64,000 nt of DNA from Desulfosoma sp. GTDB taxonomy: Bacteria > Desulfobacterota > Syntrophobacteria > Syntrophobacterales > DSM-9756. The position numbers were made by a program, and so were the translations under genes. The notes beneath the pieces were generated by a model. It was not told the origin of the DNA, did not search any database, and worked only from the letters and a program-made list of their open reading frames with translations. Shown here one piece after another: positions 29,180 through 38,932 of the stretch. Location of the stretch: positions 64,001 to 128,000 of the forward strand of contig JBBFKW010000003.1 in the NCBI GenBank assembly GCA_037481835.1, in the 5' to 3' direction. Within the stretch, counting starts at the first letter, position 1; each line of letters starts with the position of its first letter.

Positions 29180-30304
29180 TTAAGCTCTCGAGGCGAAGTT
29201 TTCAATGGCCCGAACCGTCTCAAGGGCTCCTTCGGTGCGAAGCGGCTGAACCGAAGGCCGCGGGGAAGACAAGGTCTCTTGGATTTGGGCGGCGAGCCTT
29301 TCGGGCTCCAAGGACCGAATGACGCGGAGCACCCCCCGGGATTCCAGCCGGTCGGCCCGAAGGGCCTGTTCCCGGTTTTGGGGAAAGGGGTACACGAGGG
29401 CGGTGACGCCCGAAGCCAGGATGTCCATGCAGGTGTTGTAGCCTGCCATGCTGAGAGACAGCTCGGCCTGGGCCAATTCCTTCAAGAACTCATGGGAAAA
29501 GGGGCGCCACACAATGCGGGGATCGGCTGCGGCACTCTCCTTCAGCGCCTCTCGGTCTTGAGGTTCCATGAACGGGCCTTCGTGGACCTGCAGGCGCATG
29601 TGGGGGTCCCCAAGCCTGGAGAAGGCGTGGAAGACGGCCTCGATAAAATCGATGCCGACCCTGCCGCCTCCCGTGCTGAGAACGATCCGCCCCCGGACTT
29701 TTGGGGGTGAGGGATTCGGCAGGGACCGGGTCACGTAGCCCGTGTAATGCACCGGAGGGCGGATGTCGGCGATGCGCCGGAAGGTTTCGTCGAGTCGCAC
29801 GCAGGCCGGGTCGGCGTGGACCAGGATGAGGTCGAAATATCGGTTGACCAGCGAGAGCACCTTTTCTTCGTAGGCTTCCGGGTCGGCCTTTTCCACCAAG
29901 ATGTCCCGAAGACTGCAGACCACGAGGGCTCGATGAGTGGAAGCTGCGTTTTTCTCGAGCAGGGGGATGAGCTCGAACTGGAAGCGTTTTCGGCCGAACG
30001 GGAAAAGTTCGATGAGGAGCACATCCGGCCTCACGGACTTCCAGAGGTCGACAAGGATCCCCGTGCGCCGTGCCTGGACCTGCCGGATGTCGCCTGCGGC
30101 CGTCTCCAGGTTTCGGAACTCGGGATCCATCCGCAAGGGGGGCAGGGCGATGCGCCGCACGTGGGCCGGGGCACGAAACCCGGGCAGAGGGTCGCCGCCT
30201 TCCACGAAAAAGACCGAGTGCCGGGAAAAAGCCGCGGCGATTTCCATGCTTCGAAGGAAATGCCCGATACCGAGCACATACTGGCAGTAGTGAAGGATCT
30301 TCAT
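29180..30304 (-). CDS. GT-B glycosyltransferase (MurG/GT28-C-like)
   Basis: Start MKILHYCQYVLGIGHFLRS at 30304; IELFPFGR, STGGG, SMAGYNT, REQ. Confidence 0.85.
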   Translation of the reverse strand: MKILHYCQYVLGIGHFLRSMEIAAAFSRHSVFFVEGGDPLPGFRAPAHVRRIALPPLRMDPEFRNLETAAGDIRQVQARRTGILVDLWKSVRPDVLLIELFPFGRKRFQFELIPLLEKNAASTHRALVVCSLRDILVEKADPEAYEEKVLSLVNRYFDLILVHADPACVRLDETFRRIADIRPPVHYTGYVTRSLPNPSPPKVRGRIVLSTGGGRVGIDFIEAVFHAFSRLGDPHMRLQVHEGPFMEPQDREALKESAAADPRIVWRPFSHEFLKELAQAELSLSMAGYNTCMDILASGVTALVYPFPQNREQALRADRLESRGVLRVIRSLEPERLAAQIQETLSSPRPSVQPLRTEGALETVRAIENFASRA

Positions 30305-30942
30305 GGACCATCCGTTCCCGAACCCAGGGGGGACGGCACGCGAAGGGCTTCCCCAGAGAGCACCCGGCGGAGCGTTTCCGTGAATTGGAGAAAAAGGGCC
30401 GTGGGATGGCGCCGCCCAAGGCGATCCAGGCTGGAGAACATTTGGTGCCGAAGCTTCAGGGACAGTTCCACCTGCACGCCCATGCCCGCGCGACCCCGAT
30501 TGCATAGGTTTTCCGGCTGAGTGCCATGGAAGAGGGGATGCGCTGCGACGGTAAAACCCGCAATCGTAAGGGCTTCGGCGCACAGGTCCCGCAGGCGGGT
30601 GTCGAGTCCCCCGAGGAAGACGTCAGCTTGGTCATGAGTGCAGCCGTGGATCGTTATGACTTTCCAGGAAGCGGTCGCAAGGGTCAGGGCCGCGGGCTCG
30701 TCGAAACGAGTGCTGGTGATGTGCAAGACGGCGTTATGCTTTCTTTTCCGTCCATCCAAGTGATAAAAGGAATGGAACCCTCGCGCGATGGCTCGGGCCG
30801 CCTCCGAGGTCCCCGGTTCGATGCCGCCGCCGTGGGGAGCCATAACCGCCAGGCCGGAACGGCCGGCCTGCCATTCGACGACGAAGTCGCGGCCGGGGTT
30901 TTCCTGGAGAAGGAGGGCTGAAAAGGAGCGGTATCCGTTCAT
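30301..30942 (-). CDS. Poly-gamma-glutamate hydrolase family protein (PghP/DUF867-like)
   Basis: APHGGGIEPGTSE, LHITSTRFDEP, TIHG, ENLCN, GVQVEL. Confidence 0.82.
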   Translation of the reverse strand: MNGYRSFSALLLQENPGRDFVVEWQAGRSGLAVMAPHGGGIEPGTSEAARAIARGFHSFYHLDGRKRKHNAVLHITSTRFDEPAALTLATASWKVITIHGCTHDQADVFLGGLDTRLRDLCAEALTIAGFTVAAHPLFHGTQPENLCNRGRAGMGVQVELSLKLRHQMFSSLDRLGRRHPTALFLQFTETLRRVLSGEALRVPSPLGSGTDGP

Positions 30943-31109
30943 GACGCCTCAAGCCTGTGGATGTGTGTCGCATGTTCGGGCATCGCCCATGCCGCCTCGT
31001 GCCCGTGGAAGCAAAGTGGGGTGTTCCGGCATCGCATCGTCTCCATTGTGCCGGGGAAAAGGGCCCGTGTAAAGCGTCCCGCCCACGGCTTCGCCTAGCG
31101 CTGGAAGAC

Positions 31110-31140
31110 GGAGGTTGGGGTGAGCGAAGCGAACCCCAAC
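31110..31140. repeat. Single GTAG-type REP copy (GGAG variant)
   Basis: GGAGGTTGGGGTGAGCGAAGCGAACCCCAAC. Confidence 0.85.
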
Positions 31141-31223
31141 ACAAAAACCCGGGAGCTTGCCGGAGAGTTCCAAACGTCTTTACTGCCGCGCAAGCGGGAG
31201 TCCCTTTAAAACGGAGGCCTCAC

Positions 31224-32066
31224 ATGGAAAGCAAGGTCGCACGCGCTTTGGGCATGTCCCACGAACCCGTAGCCGTCCTGTGGGCGGACGAGAAGCCCGA
31301 AGGGGCCTCGGTCTTTCGCCCCGGCAAATGGGGCTGTGTCATGTGGATGCTTGCGGGAGCTTCCCGCGGAAAGCCCGCCGCCTTCGACCGCGAATCCTAC
31401 GGATGCTGGGGCGGCGGCGTGGGCCTGGGTTTCGGCAACCAGTACAAGGCTTTTCCGGGCGGGGAGACGTGCTTTCACTATTTCCTTTCCGTCGGCAATC
31501 GGCACTGGGATCAAGGGCGCGCCGTAACGGAACACATGGAAGCCTCCGGCTGCGGGGCCTTTGTCGAAGACTTTCGCGACGGGGAAGGCTACCTCAAGGA
31601 CCCGGGGCTTGTGGAGCGGTTCATCCAGGACTTGCCCATCCTGGATGTGCCGACCCGCTACGTCATCTTTCAGCCCCTAAAGGCTGTCGATCCGTCATCG
31701 GCACCGCCGCAGGTCGTCGTTTTTTGGGCCGATCCCCATCAGCTGGCGGCTCTGGTCGTCTTGACCAATTACGGGAGGCCTGGAAACGAAAACGTGATCG
31801 TCCCCTTTGCGGCGGGATGCCAAAGCATCGGCATTTATGCGTATCAGGAAGCCGCGCGCGAAAAACCGCGAGGCGTCATCGGCCAGATGGATCTTTCGGC
31901 GCGTCTCAACGTGGCCAAGACCATGGGCGATCATGCCTTTACATTTGCCGCGCCGTGGCGGCTCTTTTTGGAACTGGAAGAAAACGTCGCGGGAAGTTTC
32001 GTGGACCGCCCCGTCTGGAAGGAGCTCAAGGAGCGATCCGCCGTTGCCAAAAAGGAGAGATCATGA
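31224..32066 (+). CDS. DUF169-family protein
   Basis: GGAGG RBS, ATG 31224; GCWGGGVGLG, PQVVVFW, PFAAGC, DLSAR. Confidence 0.75.
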   Translation: MESKVARALGMSHEPVAVLWADEKPEGASVFRPGKWGCVMWMLAGASRGKPAAFDRESYGCWGGGVGLGFGNQYKAFPGGETCFHYFLSVGNRHWDQGRAVTEHMEASGCGAFVEDFRDGEGYLKDPGLVERFIQDLPILDVPTRYVIFQPLKAVDPSSAPPQVVVFWADPHQLAALVVLTNYGRPGNENVIVPFAAGCQSIGIYAYQEAAREKPRGVIGQMDLSARLNVAKTMGDHAFTFAAPWRLFLELEENVAGSFVDRPVWKELKERSAVAKKERS

Positions 32067-32139
32067 TAGCCAAGGGCTTCCTCGCTCCCAGTTCCCGGTG
32101 TGTCGCGAGGTATTCTTACGGCGTGCAGAGGAAGCTCCC

Positions 32140-32466
32140 ATGGAATGTCCTGCGCTCAGTCGGGTTTACGTCATCTTCAAACGGACCAGGTGCTGCATCC
32201 GCATCTACACCGATCTGGACCGGGACGCCTTTCAAGCAGCTCTGGAAGAGTCCCTGGACAAAAAGAAAAGCCTTTTCCTTCACGTCTATCAGCCCAACGG
32301 CAACGGGTTTGTTCGAAGCCACACGACGGTGACACCTTACGAAGTCCTGGTGGACTGCGTTTTCCATGTCCAGGAGGTATCGAAAAACGGCGACGATCCC
32401 TGCACGGAAAAGGGGAAAGAAGCTCGTTTTCTGGAGCGGCTCTTTCGCGAGCACGGCCTCGCTTAG
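32140..32466 (+). CDS. Hypothetical protein (108 aa)
   Basis: GAGGA RBS, ATG 32140, globular composition. Confidence 0.6.
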   Translation: MECPALSRVYVIFKRTRCCIRIYTDLDRDAFQAALEESLDKKKSLFLHVYQPNGNGFVRSHTTVTPYEVLVDCVFHVQEVSKNGDDPCTEKGKEARFLERLFREHGLA

Positions 32467-32717
32467 GAACGGACCGAAGGACGGTTTGGCATAGCGGGCG
32501 CGCTCACGATCTTTTGCGAGCGTTTTGCAGGGGTTTCGGCCTGGATGTCGGGGAAAACCGCTCCCACGGGTAGCAGATCTCGGGCAAGCTTTTTGCGGCG
32601 GATGCATATCTCGGCCCGACTGCGCCGGCGGGGCGGCTTTTCACGTTCCGAAGGAAATATTGTTCCAGCCCCAGCGCCTTCGGAACCTTCCACGTTCCTT
32701 TCGGCACAGGATGGCTC

Positions 32718-33005
32718 ATGAGCGCTCAAGAAGACGAAGGCGGCTTGAGGGAACGGATTGCGGCCCTGGAAAGGGAACGCGACCTCCTGCAGGAGCGCGT
32801 CAAGGAATTGGAAGAGGCTCTCCAGGGGTGCTTGAGCCGGTCCCGGCACTGACTGGGGTGCGGCTTTGCCGACTGGTGGCTGGACGCCACACGGGTGCTC
32901 ACCGAAAAGACCGGCGCGTTTCCCTTCAAGAAACCATCCTGCCCCGCGGTCGCTGAGATAGAAGAAGAAGGAAGTGAGCCCCGCCCGCCGGAGGAGCCTT
33001 CATGA
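32718..33005 (+). CDS. Candidate 95-aa selenoprotein (coiled coil plus U-x-x-C; in-frame TGA 32850-32852); otherwise a 44-aa ORF or pseudogene
   Basis: MSAQEDEGGLRERIAALERERDLLQERVKELEEALQGCLSRSRH-TGA-LGCGFADWWLDATRVLTEKTGAFPFKKPSCPAVAEIEEEGSEPRPPEEPS; the second stop forms an ATGA overlap with the next gene. Confidence 0.55.
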
Positions 33006-34189
33006 AGGATCCGGAGCCGGCGTTCGGCTTTTTCATCGACGGAAAGCCCGTTGACGACGGCGCCCTGTCCCGTGCGCTCCCCATTGGGCTATCGGACGAT
33101 GCCCCGAAGATCGCCTACGCCCACTACTTCCAGGCATTGGCCGAAGCCCTGAGGGCAAGGAATTTCGAGCCCATTCGCCGAAGTCTCCAGGTGCTGACCG
33201 GAGAATCTTTCTTGCCCGATCGGATTCGCGACGTAAGAATCGACAGCGTGAAACACGGCGCGCTCTACCACGTGGCCAAGGTGACGGTCGACGTCAGCGG
33301 GCGCTCCTTTTCCATGGCCATGAATTCGGCCGTGCATCCCAAGCGCCAAGCGGCTCTCGAGCGCGAATGGACGACGCTGGAAAGCCTTTCAAAAACGGCA
33401 ACGGCGCCGTACGTGCCCAGAGGACTGTATCTGGGCGAAGGCTTGTGGCACGGCGCCTCCCGGGAAGCCAGTCCCTTTCGGTTTTTTCTCGCCCGGTGGT
33501 TCGACGGCTTTCATGAATGGCACCTGGAAAAAGGGCAGGGCGATCGTGTCGAAACCGTGAGGGTCTGGGACGGCTCAGCCGCGGGCCGCGAGCTCACCGA
33601 CGCGGAATCGTCGCAGCTCATGGAACAGGCGGCCTACATCCTCACTCTGGCGCTGGACAGGCAGGATTTCCGCCACATTCACCCATGGCACCACGCGGCG
33701 GGAGATTTTGTCGTCACGGTAGAAGGGCCCGCGGTCGCCGTGCGACTCATCGCCGCCAGAAACCTCAGGGTCCTGGTGCCTCCGGGGTCGGAACCCCATG
33801 AGCGCCTTTCCGCCGTGGCCGCCTTCTTTTTTGCCCTGACCTTTCGCCTCCGCCTGGATCGGGACCGCGGGACGGGCGATCTGGTCTGGGCCCCCGATCG
33901 CTGGCTTCCCGCCGTGGCAAGGGGCTTTCTCCGAGGCTGGACCGACGGGGCGCCGCCCCATGAGGCTTTTTCGACCGAGGACGTTCGGGCGGCCCTTGGG
34001 GCCTTCGGTGCCTCGGATTGGGAAACCGTAGGGGACCTTCTCGCGGACGATCTCATCGTGGACCCTGACGAAGAGCTCCTGGTGACCAGGCTTATCCCGG
34101 ATCATGCCCGCGATCTGCACCGCAGCCTTCGCTGGGATGACCTTTCGAGGTCGGTTGCGAAACAAAGCGTCGACGTCTTGAACTCTTAA
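33002..34189 (+). CDS. Hypothetical protein, possible degenerate kinase-like fold
   Basis: 395-aa ORF with GGAGGAG RBS; KHGALYH, WFDGFHEWH, PWHHAAGDFVV; fold is inference. Confidence 0.65.
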   Translation: MKDPEPAFGFFIDGKPVDDGALSRALPIGLSDDAPKIAYAHYFQALAEALRARNFEPIRRSLQVLTGESFLPDRIRDVRIDSVKHGALYHVAKVTVDVSGRSFSMAMNSAVHPKRQAALEREWTTLESLSKTATAPYVPRGLYLGEGLWHGASREASPFRFFLARWFDGFHEWHLEKGQGDRVETVRVWDGSAAGRELTDAESSQLMEQAAYILTLALDRQDFRHIHPWHHAAGDFVVTVEGPAVAVRLIAARNLRVLVPPGSEPHERLSAVAAFFFALTFRLRLDRDRGTGDLVWAPDRWLPAVARGFLRGWTDGAPPHEAFSTEDVRAALGAFGASDWETVGDLLADDLIVDPDEELLVTRLIPDHARDLHRSLRWDDLSRSVAKQSVDVLNS

Positions 34190-34261
34190 TGTGAAAGTCG
34201 CAGTTGTAATCCGGCAGGGCAGGACTTTCATGGTTCGTTGTCTTGCCGGATATTGATCTGG

Positions 34262-34353
34262 GTTGGGGTTCGCTCCGCTCACCCCAACCTACGAGTTTAT
34301 TGAACATTTTGGGCCGCCGACTGTAGGTTGGGGTGAGCGCAGCGAACCCCAAC
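34262..34353. repeat. Inverted pair of GTAG-type REPs (34262-34292, 34323-34353), REPIN-like
   Basis: Same 31-nt unit as at 9751, in opposite orientations. Confidence 0.9.
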
Positions 34354-34542
34354 AAAAACCGGGCATACGCTCGCACGTCTCGGTCTCACAACGAAGGATG
34401 AAACTCGAACCCCTGGAGCTTGTCCGAGAATCCTTTACATGAAAGTCTCTGTAACATACCGTAACTACGGACTTTCATTCTTCGTTGTCACAGGCGGCCC
34501 GCCATGGGGGTCAATGTGAAAGAATGGCGCTCTCGGCGTCTT

Positions 34543-34592
34543 GTAGGAGCGGCCTTGGCAGCGAACCGCATCGCCGGGGAGCCGGCTCCTAC
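34543..34592. repeat. Second GTAG REP type as an inverted pair
   Basis: GTAGGAGCGGCC...GCCGGCTCCTAC. Confidence 0.6.
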
Positions 34593-34677
34593 AGGGAAAA
34601 CCCTCGCTTGTCGACATCTTTCATCAATGCGGCGTGGCGAGCCTCGCCATGACCGTTAGGGGGCTGATGGTGGGGCA

Positions 34678-35283
34678 ATGGCGGAACTGATCGATTTTAC
34701 GGAAAGAAAGAAGGCCTCCACGTTGATTGCCGCCCGACCCGTGGAATTCCGCTGGGGGGAATGGGCCTCTGGAACGGCGTGGTTGTGTGCGCGAAAGGAA
34801 TCGGAAAAGTTCGAGGCGCACCGCATCGAAGCCCGCCGACTCCCCGGCCATTCCCACATCCAGTGGCTGCCCAACCATGTGAAACTGGACGGCGGCAGCC
34901 ACTATACGGTCAGGGCCCTCTTTCGGTACAGGAACGACGAAGGCGCCATGCGCCGCATCTACCGGCTGGCGGGCATGATGGAATGCGTAACGCGCGGCGT
35001 CTCCCCCGTGCTCCGCTCGGACCTGCTGCGCCGCATCTACGACGCCATCCTGGAAGAACGCAAAGCCCTCCACGTGGTCTGGCGGGGTTCCGTGGACCGG
35101 TTTCTTCTCCCCCTCTACCTCCACCACGGCGTCGTCGAACGCCTGCTCGCCCGCCTCGTGCCGGTGGAGAGCCTGAAGGAGCTTTTCGCCGTGATCGACC
35201 AGGAAACCGCCGTCCAATTCGATCTGCTCGCCTCGGACTACGTCATTTACGTCCCCATAGGGTTCGGCTTTCCGGAAGACTGA
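34678..35283 (+). CDS. Hypothetical protein (201 aa)
   Basis: ATG start, GC3-rich codon pattern; no recognised motif. Confidence 0.7.
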   Translation: MAELIDFTERKKASTLIAARPVEFRWGEWASGTAWLCARKESEKFEAHRIEARRLPGHSHIQWLPNHVKLDGGSHYTVRALFRYRNDEGAMRRIYRLAGMMECVTRGVSPVLRSDLLRRIYDAILEERKALHVVWRGSVDRFLLPLYLHHGVVERLLARLVPVESLKELFAVIDQETAVQFDLLASDYVIYVPIGFGFPED

Positions 35284-35347
35284 AAATTCGGCCCGCCGCG
35301 CCCTCCTTTTTTCCGGAACCCGGCGGGGAAGGGCCCAGGGGGACTAG

Positions 35348-35465
35348 GAGGCTGTCCGAGAATGGCATATTCCTGGGAGCGCGGGCGTCTCGCCCGCTTC
35401 TCGTGCGGGCCGGAGGCCCGCGCTCCCAGGAGAAGAGGCCTTCGGGTTCGTTCTCAGACAGCCTC
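35348..35465. mobile_element. MITE copy 1 (118 bp, 15-bp TIRs, CTAG/CCAG flanks)
   Basis: GAGGCTGTCCGAGAA...TTCTCAGACAGCCTC; near identical to 45919-46036. Confidence 0.85.
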
Positions 35466-35634
35466 CCAGGATGGACTCCGGCGGCTTCAAAACCTCATGA
35501 AACCGCCGCAGGGGGGCTCCGGAGGGTTGAAGCATCGTTTATGCGGCCGAGGAGGGCTTCACCCTGCCTTGCGAAAGAGCTCGGGGCGGCGGATGCCGGG
35601 GCGGGCGCGGAGCCGACGCACAAGGGAGAAGGGG

Positions 35635-36612
35635 ATGGGAGATCGTTACTGCATCGGGATCGATATCGGCGGAACTTACATCAAGATGGGGCTTTTCGAC
35701 GCGGAAGGCGGACGGCATGCCTTTGACCGCACGCCCTCCAACGCCGCCGGGCCCCCCGAGGCCCTGCTCGAAGCCCTCATCCGGGCATGCCGGGGCCTCA
35801 TGGGAAAGGCCCGACTTCAATCCGGCCGCGTTGTCGCCGTGGGCTTGGGTGTGGCGGGCAAGCTGGATACCAGTGCAGGCCGCGTGGTTTTTTCTCCGAA
35901 CCTTCCCAACATGTCCGGGTTTCCCCTGACCCCAAGGCTCCAAGAGGCTCTCCAGATTCCCGTTTTCATGGAAAACGACGCCAACGTGTTCGGCCTTGGA
36001 GAAGCCTGGGTCGGCCAAGGCCGAAAGATGCCCAATTGGATCGGGGTCACTTTGGGCACGGGAGTCGGCGGCTGCCTCATCGCCGACGGGGCGCTCTGGG
36101 TGGGGGACCGTTTGGGTTTTGCCGGCGAAATCGGCCACATGATCGTGGATCCGTCGGGGCCGCCGTGCGCCTGCGGCCAAACCGGCTGCCTGGAAGCCCA
36201 TGCCTCGGGATCGGCCCTCATCCGGGGCATGGCCCATGCCTTGAACGCCGGGGAGCCGATCCCGGAGCGGATTGCGGACGCTCTGCGCACGGGATCCCTC
36301 ACACCCGAAGATGTCTACCGGGCCGCGGATTCCGGAGACCCCATCGCGCGACGCCTGTTCCGGCGCATGGGATGGGCTTTGGGGCTGGCCCTGGCGAACC
36401 TTTTCACGTTTCTCGGCATTGAGTCGGCCGTTATCGGAGGCGGGGTGAGCCAATCCTGGGATCAATTCCATCCCCACATGATGGAAACCCTTCGGACCGT
36501 TCCCAAGATGCTCGACCCCGACGGCATCCACATCTTTCGGACCGGACTCGGGCCCCTGGCGCCCTTGTACGGCGCGGCGCGCTTGGCTTGGACGGCCCTG
36601 GATCAGTCCTAA
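35635..36612 (+). CDS. ROK-family sugar kinase (glucokinase-like)
   Basis: GIDIGGT, ENDAN, GTGVGG, GEIGH, CACGQTGCLE; true start ATG 35635. Confidence 0.92.
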   Translation: MGDRYCIGIDIGGTYIKMGLFDAEGGRHAFDRTPSNAAGPPEALLEALIRACRGLMGKARLQSGRVVAVGLGVAGKLDTSAGRVVFSPNLPNMSGFPLTPRLQEALQIPVFMENDANVFGLGEAWVGQGRKMPNWIGVTLGTGVGGCLIADGALWVGDRLGFAGEIGHMIVDPSGPPCACGQTGCLEAHASGSALIRGMAHALNAGEPIPERIADALRTGSLTPEDVYRAADSGDPIARRLFRRMGWALGLALANLFTFLGIESAVIGGGVSQSWDQFHPHMMETLRTVPKMLDPDGIHIFRTGLGPLAPLYGAARLAWTALDQS

Positions 36613-37604
36613 CCGCCGATGGAGGTCATGGGGCGGGAGACGCACTTGCGGCGCGGAAGAGATCCCTCGTTCAGGCGGTGTTTTTCCGGTTTCGATTGGA
36701 TGGCTTGAAGGATGAGGCGGGCGATGTCCGCATCGGACGCCCCGTTTCGCAAAAGGCGCCGCAAATCCACATCGCGCTCGGCGAAAAGGCAGGTCCTCAA
36801 GGATCCCTCCGCCGTGATCCGCAGCCGATTGCACGTCGGGCAGAAATGATGGCTCATGGGACTTATGAGGCCGATCTTTCCCGGCGCTCCAGGAAACTGA
36901 TAATAGCGCGCGGGGCCGTTGCCGTTGTGCGAACTGCAGGGGATGATCGGTCCGACGGAGGCGATTTTCTCCATGACGAGATCCGAGGGCAGATAGCGTT
37001 CTTTGTAAGAATCCGGCCGGAAGGGCATGAGTTCGATAAAGCGCACATGAAAGGGATAGGCCAGGGTCAGTCGAGCCAGGGCTTCGATTTCGTCCTCGTT
37101 GACTCCCTTCATGGCGACGACGTTGATCTTTACGGGAGAAAATCCCCGATCCAGCGCCGCGCAGAGGCCCCGCCACACCGCATCGAAAGCGTCGACTCCG
37201 GTGATGGCGGCATATTTTCGGGGCTGCAGGGTATCCAGGCTCACATTGATGCGCCGAATCCCCGCATCCCAAAGGTCCTTGGCCATGCATTCCAAGAGCA
37301 GCCCGTTGGTGGTCACACTGACGTCGTCCACCCCTGAAACGGCGCACAGGCGCTTCAAAAAGGACACGATGCCCTTGCGCACGAAGGGCTCCCCGCCGGT
37401 CACCCGCACTTTACGGATGCCGAGCCCCGTCGTGATGCGCACGAGACGCAGGAGTTCCTCGTAACGCAGGATGGCTTCATGGGGCAGAAACTGGAAGCCC
37501 CCGGCCGGCATGCAGTAGGTGCAGCGCAGATTGCACCGGTCGGTGACGGAAAGCCTCAGGTAATCCACTTGCCGCTGATAGCCGTCTACGAGCCCTTGGG
37601 CCAT
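36609..37604 (-). CDS. moaA: GTP 3',8-cyclase (radical SAM, molybdopterin synthesis)
   Basis: [31 protein letters not shown]...C, C-terminal MTSIGG. Confidence 0.96.
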   Translation of the reverse strand: MAQGLVDGYQRQVDYLRLSVTDRCNLRCTYCMPAGGFQFLPHEAILRYEELLRLVRITTGLGIRKVRVTGGEPFVRKGIVSFLKRLCAVSGVDDVSVTTNGLLLECMAKDLWDAGIRRINVSLDTLQPRKYAAITGVDAFDAVWRGLCAALDRGFSPVKINVVAMKGVNEDEIEALARLTLAYPFHVRFIELMPFRPDSYKERYLPSDLVMEKIASVGPIIPCSSHNGNGPARYYQFPGAPGKIGLISPMSHHFCPTCNRLRITAEGSLRTCLFAERDVDLRRLLRNGASDADIARLILQAIQSKPEKHRLNEGSLPRRKCVSRPMTSIGG

Positions 37605-37885
37605 GGCACGCCGTCCTTGCGCCTTGGGATTTTCCCGCACGGACACTTTGTGCCTTTTTAAGATCCGCCCCATCGTTATGTCAAGATGAGAATAGCGCAA
37701 ACATCCCTTGGTCGCTTTGGGCCTTCGGTGCTATGATGCGCCGGTCCTTCGGCCTGGAACTCCCATGGCAGTGCTGTTCATCAAAGACGTGGGGGTCCTC
37801 GGCGTGGGGACCGTCGGGTGGGCGCAAAAACCGGGAACAGGAACGGAATCTCTTGGGGGAATGTCCGGAAAGGGAGGCAGCGGCC

Positions 37886-38908
37886 ATGCAAGGGAAAAAA
37901 GTGGGCGTGACGGTGACCGAGCATCTTCTTCGTCAGCAGCGGTTGACGCCGCAGGCGACAGGCGCTTTTACGCTTCTTTTCAATGAACTGGTGGTTGCCG
38001 CAAAACTCATCAACCGGGAACTGAACAAGGCGGGGCTGAACGACATTTACGGGTTTACGGGCGAAACCAACGTCTACGGAGAGCAGGTCCAGAAGCTGGA
38101 CGATTTCGCCCACCGGGTTTTGGTGCGGCGTTTGAGCCAATCGGAGCAGCTGTGCGCCATCGCCTCGGAAGAAGATGCGGACATCATCGAGATTCCGTCC
38201 AACGTTCCCCGAGGCCCCTATATCTTGCTCATGGACCCCTTGGACGGCTCGTCCAACATTGACGTCAATGTGAGCGTCGGGACCATTTTTTCCATCCGGC
38301 GCCGGATTCGGGAGACGGGCCCCGTGACGCTGGATGAGGTGTTGCGCAAAGGTTCCGAGCAGGTGGCCGCCGGCTATTTCATCTATGGGTCGAGCACCAT
38401 GCTCGTCTACACCACCGGGCAGGGCGTCCATGGTTTCACCCTGCATCCGGCTTTGGGCGAGTTTTTCCTCAGCCACGAAAACATTCGTATCCCCAGCCGG
38501 GGGAAAATCCTGAGCGTCAATGAAGGCAACTACAATTATTGGGACGAGGGGGTTCGGCGTTACGTGGATTACCTCAAGACGCCCGACGTGGAAAAAGGCA
38601 GACCCTACACCGCGCGCTACATCGGTTCATTGGTGAGCGACTTCCACCGCAACCTTCTCAAGGGCGGCATCTTCATGTACCCGGCCGATCGCAAAGATCC
38701 CAAAAAACCTTCCGGCAAACTCCGTCTCATGTTCGAAGCGGCTCCCATGGCCATGGTGGTGGAACAGGCCGGCGGCGCGGCAACGGACGGTCAGCGCCGC
38801 ATTTTGGACATCGAACCCGAAAGCCTCCACGACCGGGTGCCTCTCTTCGTGGGCAGCCGGGAAGATGTGGACGAGGCGGGTCGATTCCTCCGGGGGGAAA
38901 CGGCATAG
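37886..38908 (+). CDS. fbp: Fructose-1,6-bisphosphatase class I
   Basis: [45 protein letters not shown]. Confidence 0.96.
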   Translation: MQGKKVGVTVTEHLLRQQRLTPQATGAFTLLFNELVVAAKLINRELNKAGLNDIYGFTGETNVYGEQVQKLDDFAHRVLVRRLSQSEQLCAIASEEDADIIEIPSNVPRGPYILLMDPLDGSSNIDVNVSVGTIFSIRRRIRETGPVTLDEVLRKGSEQVAAGYFIYGSSTMLVYTTGQGVHGFTLHPALGEFFLSHENIRIPSRGKILSVNEGNYNYWDEGVRRYVDYLKTPDVEKGRPYTARYIGSLVSDFHRNLLKGGIFMYPADRKDPKKPSGKLRLMFEAAPMAMVVEQAGGAATDGQRRILDIEPESLHDRVPLFVGSREDVDEAGRFLRGETA

Positions 38909-38932
38909 GCCGTACTGTCAGAGCGACGACGC

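Noticed and set aside
32463..32956. ORF-track calls 32463-32849 (-) and 32525-32956 (+)
   Set aside because: Low-complexity Arg/Pro-rich translations without RBS; the 32718 frame has an RBS, a coiled-coil pattern and coupling to the next gene
35362..35634. N-terminal extension of the ROK kinase
   Set aside because: It begins inside the MITE; the ROK motif and RBS point to ATG 35635
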